Shown here: in pieces, positions 1 to 14,249 of the stretch
Numbering within the stretch: position 1 is the first letter of the stretch
Layout of the letters: every line of letters begins with the position of its first letter
Assembly (NCBI RefSeq): GCF_009914755.1
Contig: NC_060947.1
DNA length: 64,000 nt
Source of the DNA: the human T2T-CHM13v2.0 reference genome, Homo sapiens
Direction: 5' to 3' (one strand)
Translations under genes and position numbers: made by a program
The notes under the pieces: model-generated
Database searches by the model: none
Told to the model about the DNA's origin: nothing
What the model saw: the letters and a program-made list of their open reading frames with translations, nothing else

Positions 1-176
1 CATGGTAGCCCCTTGCAGGATTCCCAGCTTCCTCCTGCTTCGGGCTAGCTTCTGTGTCTTTCCTCCATCTACTCTCAGTGCCTTCCCCTCTGAAGATCTG
101 TTAGGAGTGCACCAGTCATCCCCATCCCTCTGTGGCAGCTGTTCCACTTGGCTAAGTCTAGTCAGCCATCTTGATC
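1..176 (-). mobile_element. 5' end (5'UTR) of an L1PA13-16-type LINE running out of the window; inverted-duplicate copy of the L1 at 21104
   Basis: Reverse complement reads CAAGATGGCTGACTAGACTTAGCCAAGTGGAACAGCTGCC..., matching 21116-21288 including the flanking junction. Confidence 0.8.
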
Positions 177-1648
177 AAATCCACCAGAAAACTCTATAAA
201 AATCTATGCTGAGTAATTACGATAGGATCCTTGATTCTGGCAATCCCACTTTTAGGTATTTATTCAAAAGAAATGACAACATATGTCCATACAAATACCT
301 GTACACATATGTTCATTATAACTTTATTGTAACAGCCAAATACCCCAGCAGCCAGCCCCCAACCAGTACCAGGGACCACCCAAACTCCCGTTTTTGATTT
401 TTGATACATACTTTCATCGAAATGTTGGTAAAATAAACATGGTGTCTCTAGTGGGATAAAACTTTCACACAATGTATAGATATGTATGTGTGTATATATA
501 TATATACACACATACATATTCATATTTATACATATATGCTTTTTATGTATACATAAAAGATCTTTACAAAAACAAGTAAAAATTGACATAACTATTTTAA
601 AATAAAACTAAGAAAAGCAAAATATAATAAATAAAAACATGGATTATCATAAGTGATTATTTCATTACAAAATATTTTAAATTGGGTATATTAAAATTGC
701 AAGATGAAATTTTTTCTACTTTGATAGAGTAACTGGTAGTGGACTTGCCCTCCTTTCAGAAAAAATTACAACACTGGAAAATACAGATAAAATACTGTTT
801 GCAGATATTGGCAAACATGCAGCACAGAACTGTAATCAGTGAAGAAGGGTTAAAAGAAGGTAAGCACCACAATATCCCAAACAGAGAAATAGGAAAGGTA
901 AACTCAGGTAAATACCAGTAATCTCCCTGGATTGAAAAGATCAGAATTAAAATTCTGGAAAGTTTAGATAAACTTTGGAATTTGTAGAGTACCGGAGTTG
1001 AAGGAATAGCACAGAGAAAGAGCTTCACAAGTCTGAATAGAAAAGCCGTTGAGTTTTTCCTCAATAAAAAGCTGTGCATGCATAAGGTGAAATTCCACAA
1101 GTTAAAACAGACAACAGCTGGAAAGTCCTGACTTGAATAATTTCCAGAAATTACAAAGGGTGGGAAGACATTTAAAGTCTAACCAATAGGTTGAAAAACT
1201 CATTTAATCCTTCTCTACGGAAAAATCTGTCAGACTTTATCTGACCAATCAGGTTGATAGATTTTTCTGTAGCGAAGGATTAAACTGATCTATAAGTAAT
1301 ATAGCTGCCTGTCTAAATATAATTCAAATCTTGCTAATGTAGGACAACAAATATAGACACTCAATACCATAATATTCACAGATACCTACTATACAGTGAA
1401 AAATTATTAGATATGCAAAGAAGCCAAAAATTATGACCCATAAAATGATGGATAAACATATGCCATGCTAACAACAGCAAGAAGAAAGATGTAGTAACTA
1501 TATTAATTTCAGACAAGGCAGATTTGAGAATAAGGAAAAATATTCAAAGTAAAGAAGGGCATTACATAATGAGAAAGGAATCAATTCTCCAAAAGATATA
1601 AAAATTCTTAATATGTATGTGCTTAACAATGAGCATTGAATATGTGAA
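1..1648 (+). repeat. Left arm of an inverted segmental duplication (partner 18038-21288)
   Basis: Colinear reverse-complement match, roughly 88-91% by eye, across L1 and non-L1 sequence. Confidence 0.92.
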
Positions 1649-2335
1649 AAAAGAAGTGACAGAAATGAAAGGAGAAATAGAAAAATCTACTTTCATATAG
1701 TTGGAGATTTCAACACACTCCACTATCATTATGACAGATTCAGAATTCATAAAATCAGTATGGCCATATTTGAACAGAATAGTATCTTTAATAAACTAAA
1801 TCTAACGGACATTTATAGAAAAATTTATTCAAAAACAGAAAAACAAACATTTTTCTTAAGCTTATATTAAACATTTACCAACTTAGAAAGTATTCTGGGC
1901 CATAAAACTCACCTTAATTAATTTAAATTAATAGCAATCATACAAAGTATGCTTTCAGACCATAATAAAATGAAACTAGAAATCAGTGACTGAAAGTTAC
2001 ATGGAAAACATCCAAAATACTTGGAGAGTAAACGACACACTTTAAAATAACATATATATCTAATAAGAAGGGTGAAGACAATTTTAGAAAATATTTTTAA
2101 ATATCTCAAATGGAAATTATTGACTTTTGTAGAATAGAACCAAGGCAGTACTTAGAGGGAAATGTATAGCATTTAATGCATATACTACAAAAGAAGACAG
2201 AACTATAATCAGCAATCAAATTTCCAATTTAGAAAACTAGGGAAATAGCAAATTAAATCCAAAGCATGCAGAAGAAAAGTCAACATTAGAAATTATAAAA
2301 AGAGCAGAAATCAATGAAATTGAAAACAGGAACCC
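1445..2335 (+). mobile_element. Old L1M ORF2 (endonuclease region) fragment
   Basis: L1-type motifs such as ATTAATTTCAGACAA, GTTGGAGATTTCAACAC and TCAGACCATAATAAAATGAAACTAGAAATCA; many stops. Confidence 0.75.
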
Positions 2336-2440
2336 AGCCAACAAAATAAAAATTATGAGATTTTGATCCTGTCATCATGTTGTTAGCTGGTTTCTTGTTT
2401 TCAATTTCATTGATTTCTATTATTTCTAATGTTTACTTTT

Positions 2441-2966
2441 GTATACCCAGGGGAATATAAGTTGTTCTATTACAAAGACACATGCAAGCATACGTTCATT
2501 ACAGCACTATTCACAACAGCAAAGACACGGAATCAACCTAAATGTCCATCAATAATAGACTGAATAAAGTGTGTTACGTATATACCATGGAATACTATGT
2601 GTGTGTGTGTGTGTTTTTTTTATAGGATTAAAAAAGAATGAGATCATGCCCTTTGCAGGGACAGGGATGGAGCTGGAGGCCATTATTCTTAGCAAACTAA
2701 CACAGGAACAAAAAAACAAATATCACATGTTCTCACTTACAAGTGGGAGCTAACTGATGAGAACACATGGACAAATAAAGAGGAACAACACACACGGAGA
2801 GTAGAAGATGGTAGGAGGGAGATAATCAGGAAATATCAGTAATGATTATTGGCCTTAATACCTGGATGATGAAGTAATCTGTAGAACACACCTTTATGAC
2901 ACAAGTTTACCTATATAACAAACCTGCAAATGTACCCCTGAACTTAAAACAAAAGTTAAAAAATAA
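2441..2966 (+). mobile_element. 5'-truncated L1PA13-16 3' end with A-rich tail
   Basis: CATGTTCTCACTTACAAGTGGGAGCTAA...CCTGCAAATGTACCCCTGAACTTAAAACAAAAGTTAAAAAA. Confidence 0.85.
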
Positions 2967-4090
2967 ATATGAACCCGGAATGGAAATGGTCGAAATGCCT
3001 GACTTAAATCGCATAGAGTGAAAAGCTGGATTAAAAGACAAGACTTAACTGTCTGTTATCTTTATGAAACCCATCTCACAGGTAATGACACCAACAGGCT
3101 CAAAGAAAAGAAATGAAGAAAGATCTTCTATGCAAATTAAAAACAAAGAAGAGCAGGAGTCACTATTGCTATGTCAGATAAAGCAGACTTTAAATCAACA
3201 ACAATTAAGAACAACAAAGACATTACTTAATTACAAAGGTTTTAATTCAACAAGAATACTTAACTATCTTAAATATATCTGTACTCAGCCTTGGAGCACC
3301 CAGACTCATAAAAGAATTTTTTTTTTATTTACAAAAAGCCTAAACACACACACACAGTGTTGGAGACTTCAACACCCCACTGACAGCATTAGACAGATCA
3401 TCAAGGTGGAAATTCTGAAATTAAACTTTACACTTGACCAACTGGACCTAATAAACATCTACAGAACTCCAGCCAATAACTACAGAATATGCATTATTTT
3501 CATCTGCATACAGAACATATTCTAAGATTAACCACCTGTTTGGTTATAAAGCAAGTCTCAAAAATTTACAATATTGAAATCATATCAAGCATACTCTTGA
3601 CCGCAGTGCAATAAAAATAGAAATCAATATCAAGAACATCTCTCAAAACTACACAGATACATGGAATATAAACAACTTGCTCCTGAATAACTCTTGGGTG
3701 AACAACAAAATTAAGGCAGAAGTAAAAAAAAATAAAATAAATGAAAACAGAGACAAAAATTAACAAATCTTCGAGATACAGCTAAAGCAATGTTAAGTGG
3801 AAAATTTACAGTGCCAAATGCCTTCATTAAAAAGTTAGAAAGATCTCAAATTAATAACCTAACACTGCACCTAGAGAAACTAGAAAAAAAAGAAACTAAT
3901 CAGCTCCAAAGCTAGCAGAAGAAAAGAAATAACTAAAATTAGAGAACTTAATAAAATTGAGATACAATAATCCATAAAAAGATCAATAAAACTGAGTTGT
4001 TTCTGCAAAAAACAAATGAGATTGATAGACCAAACATAAGATTGATAGACTAACAAAGTAAAAAAAAAAAGAGAGAGAAGATTCAAATAA
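2967..4090 (+). mobile_element. L1PA16/L1PB-like ORF2 5' fragment (endonuclease domain), disrupted
   Basis: GAAACCCATCTCACAGGTAATGACACC, GGAGACTTCAACACCCCACTGACAGCATTAGACAGATCATC. Confidence 0.8.
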
Positions 4091-5165
<1,075 letters not shown>

Positions 5166-5319
5166 AGAATGGAAGAGACAAAACCACGAGAGTTCCTCTA
5201 TATCACTCACCATGTTTTGTAGCACACTGCATACTTTTATCATATCAGTTATTGCTCTGTATTGTAACATGGGGTTTGCCTATCTGTTTGATTCATGGTG
5301 TTTTAGGTCAAGGTGTGGT

Positions 5320-6310
5320 ATGGATTTCTAGTGTGCAGTAATATCTAATGGAGTTTTCGCTCCCTTCAGGTACACAGGATAATTATACTTTCCTTTATCC
5401 TTAGGCTGGAGATGGTGCCACAGTTATGGCTAATTGGTTTAAAAAAATCAGTTCCAGTCTTTTCTTCCCCTGACATGTTATCACATATACGTATTCTAAA
5501 TGGTGTAGCTTCAAGAGAGTGAAAAGTCTATCAGCCTCTGTCCCTGGGTGATTGTGCAGAGCCTCCGAAATTTGGCAGCTTCTGTAACTGCAGCATAGCC
5601 CAACCTACTTGGATGAATAAAAAAAAAATTAACCTTACTTTCTTTGTAGGTGTGGAAACAGTAAAATAAAATAAGACATTTTAATATAGCTTGGAAGGAT
5701 GGTAACCATATTATACAATGACAAGACATTTGGAATAACTGTCATGTTTCACAAATTATTCATCAGAACATGGAACAAATGAACTTGTAGCCAAAAAGAA
5801 GTTAGAAAGCAAAGTAAAAAATGAAAATGTTATTAGGCTGGTGCGAAAGTAATTGTGTTTTTTGCAACAATTTCATTGCAAAAACCTCAATTACTTTTGC
5901 GCCAACCTAATGGTAATTGTGTTAGTTGTTATTTGTTGTGTTTGGCATAGTATTATAAGTGAAAGAAGAACTCTGAAAATAATTGGTTAGTTTCAAAGCG
6001 AATAATAATAATGGAAATAGAAAAGTCCAGAAATTCTAGACCTTCCAGTGTTTAAAAGACTACTTCTGAGCTCCAAATATAAAAGATAAGAGTGATAAGA
6101 CTTTAAGGAATGAATGCCCAATAAAACCTTTAATCTGATTTAAATTTCCTCTGGGAAAAGTTTTCTTAAGAGTGTGGCACCTAATAAAAACTTTTAATTT
6201 AATAAAGTAACTCAGAACAAAAATCCCATTAAGTGTGTGGCCTTCCAAGAGACCGTACTAACAGCCTCATCTCAAGGCAGTCCCCATTAAATTGAGGGAG
6301 AGAAGGGAGG
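5320..6310. mobile_element. Highly diverged MLT1-type LTR and internal sequence
   Basis: Weak resemblance to MLT1 LTR end (CAGCATAGCCCAACCTAC) and MLT-int motifs. Confidence 0.35.
5833..5910. mobile_element. MADE1 mariner (Hsmar1-derived) MITE
   Basis: Palindromic TTAGGCTGGTGCGAAAGTAATTG...CAATTACTTTTGCGCCAACCTAA with TA on the left side. Confidence 0.9.
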
Positions 6311-6319
6311 TTCACAAAG

Positions 6320-6480
6320 TGTCTCTCTCTCTCTGTCTCTCTCTCTCTCTATATATATGTGATATATTATATATAATAAAACTAAAGATAAATATGTAAT
6401 ATATAAATATATAACAAATAATAAAATGAAAATATATAGCATAGTGTAATCCATAATATTTTTATAATTTATATAATATT
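6320..6480. repeat. (CT)n-(TA)n microsatellite and AT-rich low-complexity sequence
   Basis: Seen directly. Confidence 0.85.
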
Positions 6481-7297
6481 GGAGAATATAACTTGAAAAG
6501 AACTGGAGCTATAGCTACTGATTTTTTTGCCATAAGAATATGTTTATTTTGGAAGTGATTTTAATTCTTTAGCCACAATGTCCCTATATTTTTACATTAC
6601 CCCTTATTTTTCCATACTATTTATACATTAGATACAGAATTTGTTAGAAGTTAAAAGGGAAAAACACATTCTTTTGCTGAACAATAGCTCATTATATTTA
6701 ACTTAAAAATTATTAGCTTGTTGAATATCAAAACTTGAAGCTGCTGGGAATCACATTTATTTTTAGGTTCCAAAATAGTTCTGAGTTCTCAGTAGGAAAC
6801 CATCTTTTATAAACTATAACAAAACTCTCATCTCAAAATTAAATACTATAAATTGACACAACTATATCTATATTGAATGTCTTTATAATATCCAGAAACC
6901 TACTGGCTTTTTAGAAATACAATGAAAATAGATTTACATTCTGGCTTTATAAATCAATTTTTATTTTAGAAAATTTTAAACATATAGAGAATACTATATG
7001 AAACAGCACATATTCAACATCTTTAATATCATTTAACCAATAATGTTCTAGTATATATCTCTAAAATTCACACCTAAAGAAAACACAGAAAACATGTTTA
7101 TCACATATTAACATTTAATAATAATTTCTACAATAAAGTATCACTGAGCCTATTTCTCCAATTTCTTCATAAACATTTTTTACAGATGTTTTTTCAAATC
7201 AGAATCCAAAGAGGCTCTGCACATGCCATATTCCTGGAGTGTTTCCTAAGTGTACTTGACTCTATATGTTCACTGTATTTGTTGGAAAAAGTCACTG

Positions 7298-7445
7298 GTA
7301 GTCCTGAGATCAGCAGGGATCAGCATCATCTGGGAACTTGTTAGAAATTAAGTTCTCAGGAAACACCCCAAACCTATTGAACCTGAAACTCTAGAGTTAA
7401 GAGCCCAGCAATATGCTGATGCATGCTAAAGTTTAAAACCTACTA
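7298..7445. mobile_element. MER5A-like hAT-Charlie MITE
   Basis: CAGCATCATCTGGGAACTTGTTAGAAAT...GATGCATGCTAAAGTTT. Confidence 0.7.
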
Positions 7446-9281
7446 CTATAGTTCTACACACTCAAGATTTTATAGATTGTATTTTCATGATACCATCTAA
7501 TATGTTGATCTATCTCCCGTATGTCATACAGATTGTGGTTCTCAGGTACAATTGTTTGGTAATGAAAATTCATATATAGTGGGTTTCTTTAACTTTCCAT
7601 AGAATCATATACAAAGATTCATAATGTCCTGTTGTCTCCTTTTACAGTGATAAAAAGTTTGATCAGTAAGTCAAGTGTGCCAGCTTCATTCATCAATTCA
7701 TTATTAAATTATCCATTAGCTTTTCACATAATAGTTTCAGCATCCATTTATGATCATTTCTCAAATCTGTGATTTCACTAGAATTTGCAAAATGGGACTA
7801 TACTAATTCTTTCAATTTGTTATTTGTTAGCAAAAGTAATTTTTAGAAACGTTTTGCACTGTTTGGTTACCCTGAGGAACAATTTGTACAAGAGAAGCAG
7901 GAAAACTGCCTGACTCTTTCCTTTGCCAGTTTCCAAAACTGGTTCCACAGAAACCTGCAAACTGAAGTTGTTTTTTTAAATCAACATAATTAATTCATGA
8001 ATTTGCAATACATTTTATGTGTTTCTATCCACTGCAGTTATTATTACTTTTGATGCTCATATTATCTGAACTTTGGCTAGCAGGAAACTCTTTAGGCATC
8101 TGAATCCTTTTAACATGATGCAAATCATTTCTTTTTATAGCTTCCCTGTTTTCTGGCATGACAACATGCTCCAGGCTCATTTTGTACATTTTGTTCACCA
8201 CACCTTTTTTTTTTATTATTTCTCCAAGACTCTCTGGTTGCCTTAATTGGAAAAATCACAGAGTTCATCATTGCAAATTTAGGGCAACTCATCACATATA
8301 TGTTTGTCTTTTTTTTTTTTCACAGTAGAAATCAAGAAAATAGATTTATAGATTTTAGAATTTATATCATAAATTCTTACTGATATTTTCCATTTAAAAT
8401 TAGGAGTTCAGAGTATAAGTATCTGTTTAATTATACTGAAAGTCTTAGCTTCCAATGACATTAACACAAATATTTATTTGCTTTCTCTGGCAATATCTAC
8501 AGAAAAGTTTCCGAATAAAATGATCAATATTGTTAGTAAAAATATAATCACAAGTCAGTTTAATGTTTCTTTGCATTTTCTTTTGTCCTTAGGATAATCC
8601 CTACTAAGGATACGTAGATAATTCATTTTAAAGTCATTTGAAATAATTATCTGTGAGTATAGGCCTCCAACGAGATACACAGTTCAGATGATATAATTTT
8701 TGTATTTTATTTTTAAGTACTGATGTTTCATTTTGATTTCATTTTGTTTATAATGTGTAAGACATTTATATACTACCAAAGTCAAATGTATAAGCATGGT
8801 AAACTGTCTTCCATTTCCATCCCCTACACCCTGTCCCTACCACTTTTTATTTAGGTGAACTTTTTGCTAATTTATTTTAGTATTACCTTATTTTTTGTAA
8901 AGAAAAAATAAACAAATATGTATAGATATAGATATGCCCATCTTTCTTAAGTGCAAGTTAGCAAACTGTACAAATTGTTATGCATGTGCCCTTTCTCACT
9001 TCGTAACGTGTTTTGGATGTCATTCCATAATAGTATACAGAAGTCTTCCTTATTTCTTTTTACATTTGCACAGTATTTAATTGTTTGGCTGCTCAATTGT
9101 TTTCTTAAACAGTCCCCTGTTACTGGACATTCAGATTGTTTCCAGTTGTTTGCAGTGACAAAACTAGTGCTGTAAGCAATAATTATGTGTATACATACTT
9201 TTATATTTTTTGCTAGATGGCTTTGAGATAGATTCTTAGAAGTGGACTCAGAGTCAAAAGTAAATAAACGTGTTTGGCCAT

Positions 9282-9840
9282 TGTGATGGTTAATATTAAG
9301 TGTCAACTTGATTGGATTGAAGGATGCAAAGTATTGTTTCTGGGTGTTGCCAGGATAGATTAACATTTGCATCAGTGGGCTGGGAGAGCAAGATTCACTC
9401 TTACTCAGGAAAACACACCCACAATGTGGGTGGGCACCATTCAATTGCCTGCCAGTGTGGCTAGAAAAAGCAGGAGAAGAAGGTGGAAGAAGCTGACTTG
9501 CTGAGTCTTCCAGCCTTCATCTTTCTTCTGTGCTGGATGCTTCCTACTCTTAAACGTAAGAGTCCAAGTTAGTTGGCTTTTGGACTCTTGAACTTATACT
9601 AGTGGCTTGCCAGGGGCTCTCAGACCTTCAGACACAGACTGGAGGCTGCATTGCTAGCTTCCCTACTTTTGAGATTCTGGGACTTGGACATAGCCACTAC
9701 TGGCTTCCTTGCTGCTCAACTTGCAGACAGCCTATTATGGGACGTCACCTTGTTACTGTGTGAGTCATGTCTCCTCATAAACTCCCTTTCATATATACAT
9801 GTATCCTGTTAGTTCTGTCCCTCTAGACAACCCTAATAAA
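9282..9840 (+). mobile_element. MLT2A (MLT2A2-like, HERV-L) solo LTR
   Basis: Starts TGTGATGGTTAATATTAAGTGTCAACTTGATTGGATTGAAGGATGCAAAG; perfect 5-bp TSD GCCAT at 9277-9281 and 9841-9845. Confidence 0.9.
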
Positions 9841-9856
9841 GCCATCCTACAAAAAT

Positions 9857-10248
9857 GTGATGGACCCTCACCCAAAATTTGGTTTGGATATCAAGGCTGA
9901 TGGTGCCACATATGCACCAAGAGGGTATAAAAAGTTCTATTACTCACACAATGAGTTTTTCTGAGAAGAACAGGGCAATGTCTCAAACTTAAATAAGGAT
10001 GGCTTGAGAAAGTGGAGAAAGGAGACCATTTTGTTTTTTATGGTAGCTGGGAGTGGGGTTAGGGAAAGAACTACTGCGTAGGGGTTAGCACTTGTGTGTT
10101 TTGAACTTCCTACTGACACCAAAGGTAAGAGCATCGAGGCTTCCTCATCAGCTTGCCCAGATGTGTGTGGAAGGGCAAGTGGGAGTTGTTGGGCTTAAAA
10201 GTTGTCTGCTGTCCATTACAAAAACTTGAGTCAGACCCTTTTTGTTAG
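9857..10248 (-). mobile_element. ERVL solo LTR (LTR47-like)
   Basis: GATGGTGCCACATATGCACCAAGAGGGTATAAAAAG...TACTCACACAATGAG resembles the recalled LTR47 antisense sequence. Confidence 0.55.
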
Positions 10249-10370
10249 ATCTTGACAAATTCTACTCCAAAGTGGTTGTACCCTTTTGTAGTGCCGGATT
10301 GCCTATTTTTTCCATAGCTTTGCCCCCAAAAAACAAAACAAACAAACAAACAAACAAACAAAACTATGTG

Positions 10371-10705
10371 GTCAAGCTTTTGAATTGTTAATAATCTGAT
10401 AAGTGAGAAATGGAATGACCATGTAATTTTAATGTTAATGTATTCTGTTAGCTTGTATACATTTTTATATGTTTAAGCCGTGGCTAATATGCCCTTATCT
10501 TATGCCTATTTTCTATAAGGCTATTACTGTTTTCTTCTCTTTTTTTACAAGCTCTTTGTATATTATTGACACTGTTTTTCTGTTATATAACTTACATAAT
10601 TTTTTAATTTATTTTTTTGCTGATGGTGCTTTCTTTCTGACGAAAGATTTTTTAATTAAATGTTATCAAACTTACTAGTATTTTCTCTTACAGAATCTGA
10701 ATTTT
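10371..10705 (+). repeat. Block A of the local duplication (partner 12601-12926)
   Basis: GTCAAGCTTTTGAATTGTTAATAATCTG...CAGAATCTGAATTTT occurs twice, about 90% identical. Confidence 0.95.
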
Positions 10706-10727
10706 GGTCTCTATTAAGAAAATAACT

Positions 10728-12583
10728 CTTCTAAATTTGCATCTGAGGTTATTATATATTTTTATGTACTTTATTCATCCATTAGGAATTCTATATTGTC
10801 TCTATTAATCTCCTCCTAGACATATCTATGCATTTTAACACTGTTTAAATAATAACACATAAAACTAAAAGTGGAGTTGTCCAGTCTTCATAATAAAATC
10901 TACCAATTACTTTGGTAAAATGGGTCTACAAATCAGGTAGAGCTCAGCAATAATAAGAAAACTGATTAATCGTGCCCATCTGACTCATTTTACGTTAAAC
11001 CTAATGGTTTATTTAACTGACAGCTAGTGTCTCCTTTTAGGATGATTTGAACAGTAATTTAGTGTAATTTGAGCTTGAGAAGGTACTGATGATATAACAG
11101 AAAGATCTGGGTTCATCAATTGGTAGCTATATTTAAGGATGATTTCATGGTATTCCAAAATTCTGTACTTTTGGGGGATTTTGTTGCCTAAAGTGAATGT
11201 GGTATAAAGAAGCTGTCATTAAATCCTAATGATTCAAGGAAACCCAATCTTATATAACTTGCCAAGGAATACATAGCCAAATAGTATTCAATCTCTGAGG
11301 AAAAACAGCTGTGTTTTGACATTTTGCATAAACTTTGAAAGTAAAACAAAAAATATTTGCTTAAACTGTCCTTTCAGATGCTCAGAGTACTTATTGTTTC
11401 AAAAGTTTTTTTCTAAAACATGATGCTGTGTGTTCTTTTGCTTTAAAGCAGGCATTTGGTAATTTTGACATGGTATTATAAAAATTTACTTTTGAGTCAC
11501 CTAGCTTCAGAAATCTAAACAATTTACATCTGAAAAACACACTTACACAAGTGAAGTGAGTTACATTACAACAAACCTTTTCTACTAGCATTCCCTTTTA
11601 AGAGCAAGAAAAAAAATGAAGTTTGGCAACATGATTTAACAGCTGCATATAGTATTTATGATAAAGAAATCACATAGCAGATTTTCAGTTACCCACAGAA
11701 GGAGGTCCAAGGAGAGCACACAATTAAGCTACACAGATAATCATCTCAACCATGAGTTTCAACCATCTGAGCTGTCAGTAATTAGCCAATTTTTATTTCA
11801 CTACTACCCTGACTATTCTCCCCAGGAACATTACAAGAGATATTCAATAATGAGGAACAACAGTGAATTATTAGTAACATGAAATATTCCATATTCTGAA
11901 TGAATATTGTATATTAATTCTTAAATGAGAAACATGATATATCAATGAACAACAAGAGATAGAAATTGTTGACAGGACAAAGTTAATATAAACACTTTGC
12001 TTGAAGGATAGAAAGGAGCTTATGTGGGATGGAGCAGCGTACTCAAAGGACAAATAGCTAAACATTCTCATAATTTCTTCCACAATAAAATAATGCAATC
12101 TTTCCATGAACACACTTTATTTTCTATGTTTCCATAGCCTAAACGCTTTATTTGAAACGGCCATTGATGTATGAAGACTCGGAAGTAATCATGTGACTAT
12201 TATAATTTATAGCAAATGTTGAATGGACAGTTTTAAAAAACTTTGTAGTGTTTTTGTGATCCATAATATATGGCTATCTTCAAAGTTAGCAATTACTTCT
12301 TGCACTTTTTTTCTGCTTGTGAAGACTTCAAATTGATCCTTTTTCTAATATTTAGTTCATCTCCCAAATAATTACTTAACTTTTATCAGCAGCATCTTTT
12401 TTGTCTTAATTGGTTCATGATACTATGTCAAAAAGTGATTTAAAAATCTTTCAGTGTCAGAAATGTAATAAGGAGGGGTGGAAATTACGCTAAACTGTAT
12501 TTTACTACAAAGATCATAGTTTCATTTCCAAAATACCATTGCTGCTCTGCTGCAGTTAATTATTTCCATTCAAAAATGTAAGG
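10728..12583 (+). repeat. Block B of the local direct duplication (partner 14869-16718)
   Basis: CTTCTAAATTTG...CAAAAATGTAAGG; ~1.85 kb, about 95% identical or better. Confidence 0.97.
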
Positions 12584-12600
12584 CCAAGCTTTTGATTTGT

Positions 12601-12926
12601 GTCAAGCTTTTGAATTGTTAATAATCTGATAAGTGAGAGATGGAATCACCATGCAATTCTAATGTTAATGTATTTTGTGAGGTTGTATACATTTTCATAT
12701 GTTTAAGCTGTGGCTAATATGCTCTTATGCCTATTTTCCTATAAGGCTATTGCTGTTTTCTTCTTTTTTTACAAGCTCTTTGTATATTATCAATATTAAC
12801 TATTTTTCTATTATATAACTAACATGATTTTTAAATTTTTTTTGCTGATGGTGTTTTCTTTCTGACAAAAGATTTCTTAAATGTTATCAAACTTATTAAT
12901 ATTTTCTCTTACAGAATCTGAATTTT
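12601..12926 (+). repeat. Block A' (direct copy of 10371-10705)
   Basis: Direct sequence match. Confidence 0.95.
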
Positions 12927-13536
12927 AAGAAGAAAATATTCATTTCTCACAGGTAATAGGTTAAATCATCCTTGCCTTCTTCTACTACTGGTATTGTGTT
13001 TCACTTAACTTTTCAATCTTTTCAACCTCTGATCTGCTTGAAACACATCAAGGTGTGTGGTGTGAGGAACAGATCAAATTTTGACTTTTGTGTTTTGCTG
13101 CTGTGTAGTTCCAACATCACTAATTTAAAAAGCCCATCTTTTCTCCTAATTGTTGTGAGATGTCATATTTGTCATATATAACTTTTTTTTTTATTTCTTG
13201 ACTGTTTTTTTCTGTTCCACTGATCCATGTATCTATGTATATGCAAATACTCCACTGATTTAATAAAAGAAACATGATAATATATTTTGACATTTGGTAG
13301 GATTTACCCTCCTATCAACATTGCTATTTTTCAAGGTCCTCCTAAATATTCTTACTTGTTGGTTTTATCAAATGAATCCTAAAACCTAGGCTCATAAAAA
13401 TGCTTGATGGCATTTTTATTGGAATAGTCTCACATTTAGGTAACTCAAGGAAAATTGACATAATAATGTTGATTCTTTATTTTCAAGACCACAGTATTCT
13501 ACTAATTTTGAAAACATTTGTACCACTAAAGATATC

Positions 13537-14241
13537 AGAAACTGCCTTTGCAAAAATTATAACTGAGACAATTTTTACAGTGAAAGAGATATGACCTAAC
13601 TGACTCCACCTAGCTTCGAACCTTAAAGTTGTCCTTCATTCTTGGGAGTAGGCCAAACTATCTTTGGGAGAAACTTAGTTTATGGTTTAGAAACAAAGAC
13701 AATAATAGCCCTTTCCCAAAACAAATTCCCTTCCTGCCTGGGGACTACACTGCCTTTGCAAGACTAACAAATTAGTCACAAAATTAGAAATTATGGTTTA
13801 GGAATCATGTAGCTGGAGGCTGCAAGATTCTTAACCTCCCCAAATTGCTCCTGGAGATAACATCACTATTGTGAAATGTAAGATCACTGCTTGACATATT
13901 TTGCAGACTTTGCATTCGATGTACCAGCAGGCACTATCCAGATTAATCAACTAGCTCGTCTGGTCTTGTGGCCCCTCATCCAGGAACTGACTCAGGTCAA
14001 GAGGACAGCTTTAACTCCCTAAGATTTCATCTCCAACCTGACCAGTCAGAACTCCCGTCAAACTATCTTCAAAAATTCCAGTCCCTGAATTCTCAGGGAG
14101 ACTGATTTGAGTAATAATAAAACTTTGGTTTCCTACACAGCTGGCTCTGTGTGAATTACTCTTTCTTTCTTGCAGCTCCCCTGTCTTAATAAATCAGCTC
14201 CGTCTAGACAGTGGGCAAGGTGAATCTGTTGGGTGGTTACA
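13537..14241 (+). mobile_element. LTR8/LTR8A (ERV1) solo LTR
   Basis: Starts GAAACTGCCTTTGCAAAAATTATAACTGAG; contains AATAAA; ends GGGCAAGGTGAATCTGTTGGGTGGTTACA. Confidence 0.85.
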
Positions 14242-14249
14242 AGACTATT

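Larger units (their letters stand above)
6960..13510 (-). mobile_element. Fragmented ancient L1M(C/E) on the minus strand, host to later LTR insertions and to the duplicated B block
   Basis: Antisense L1 3' motifs (GGACATTCAGATTGTTTCCAG; CTCCAAAGTGGTTGTACC; CTGATAAGTGAGAAATGG) that resume after each insertion. Confidence 0.55.

Noticed and set aside
8947-9444. 165-aa minus-strand ORF, the longest in the track
   Set aside because: It spans the MLT2A/L1M junction; a chance open frame across two unrelated repeats.
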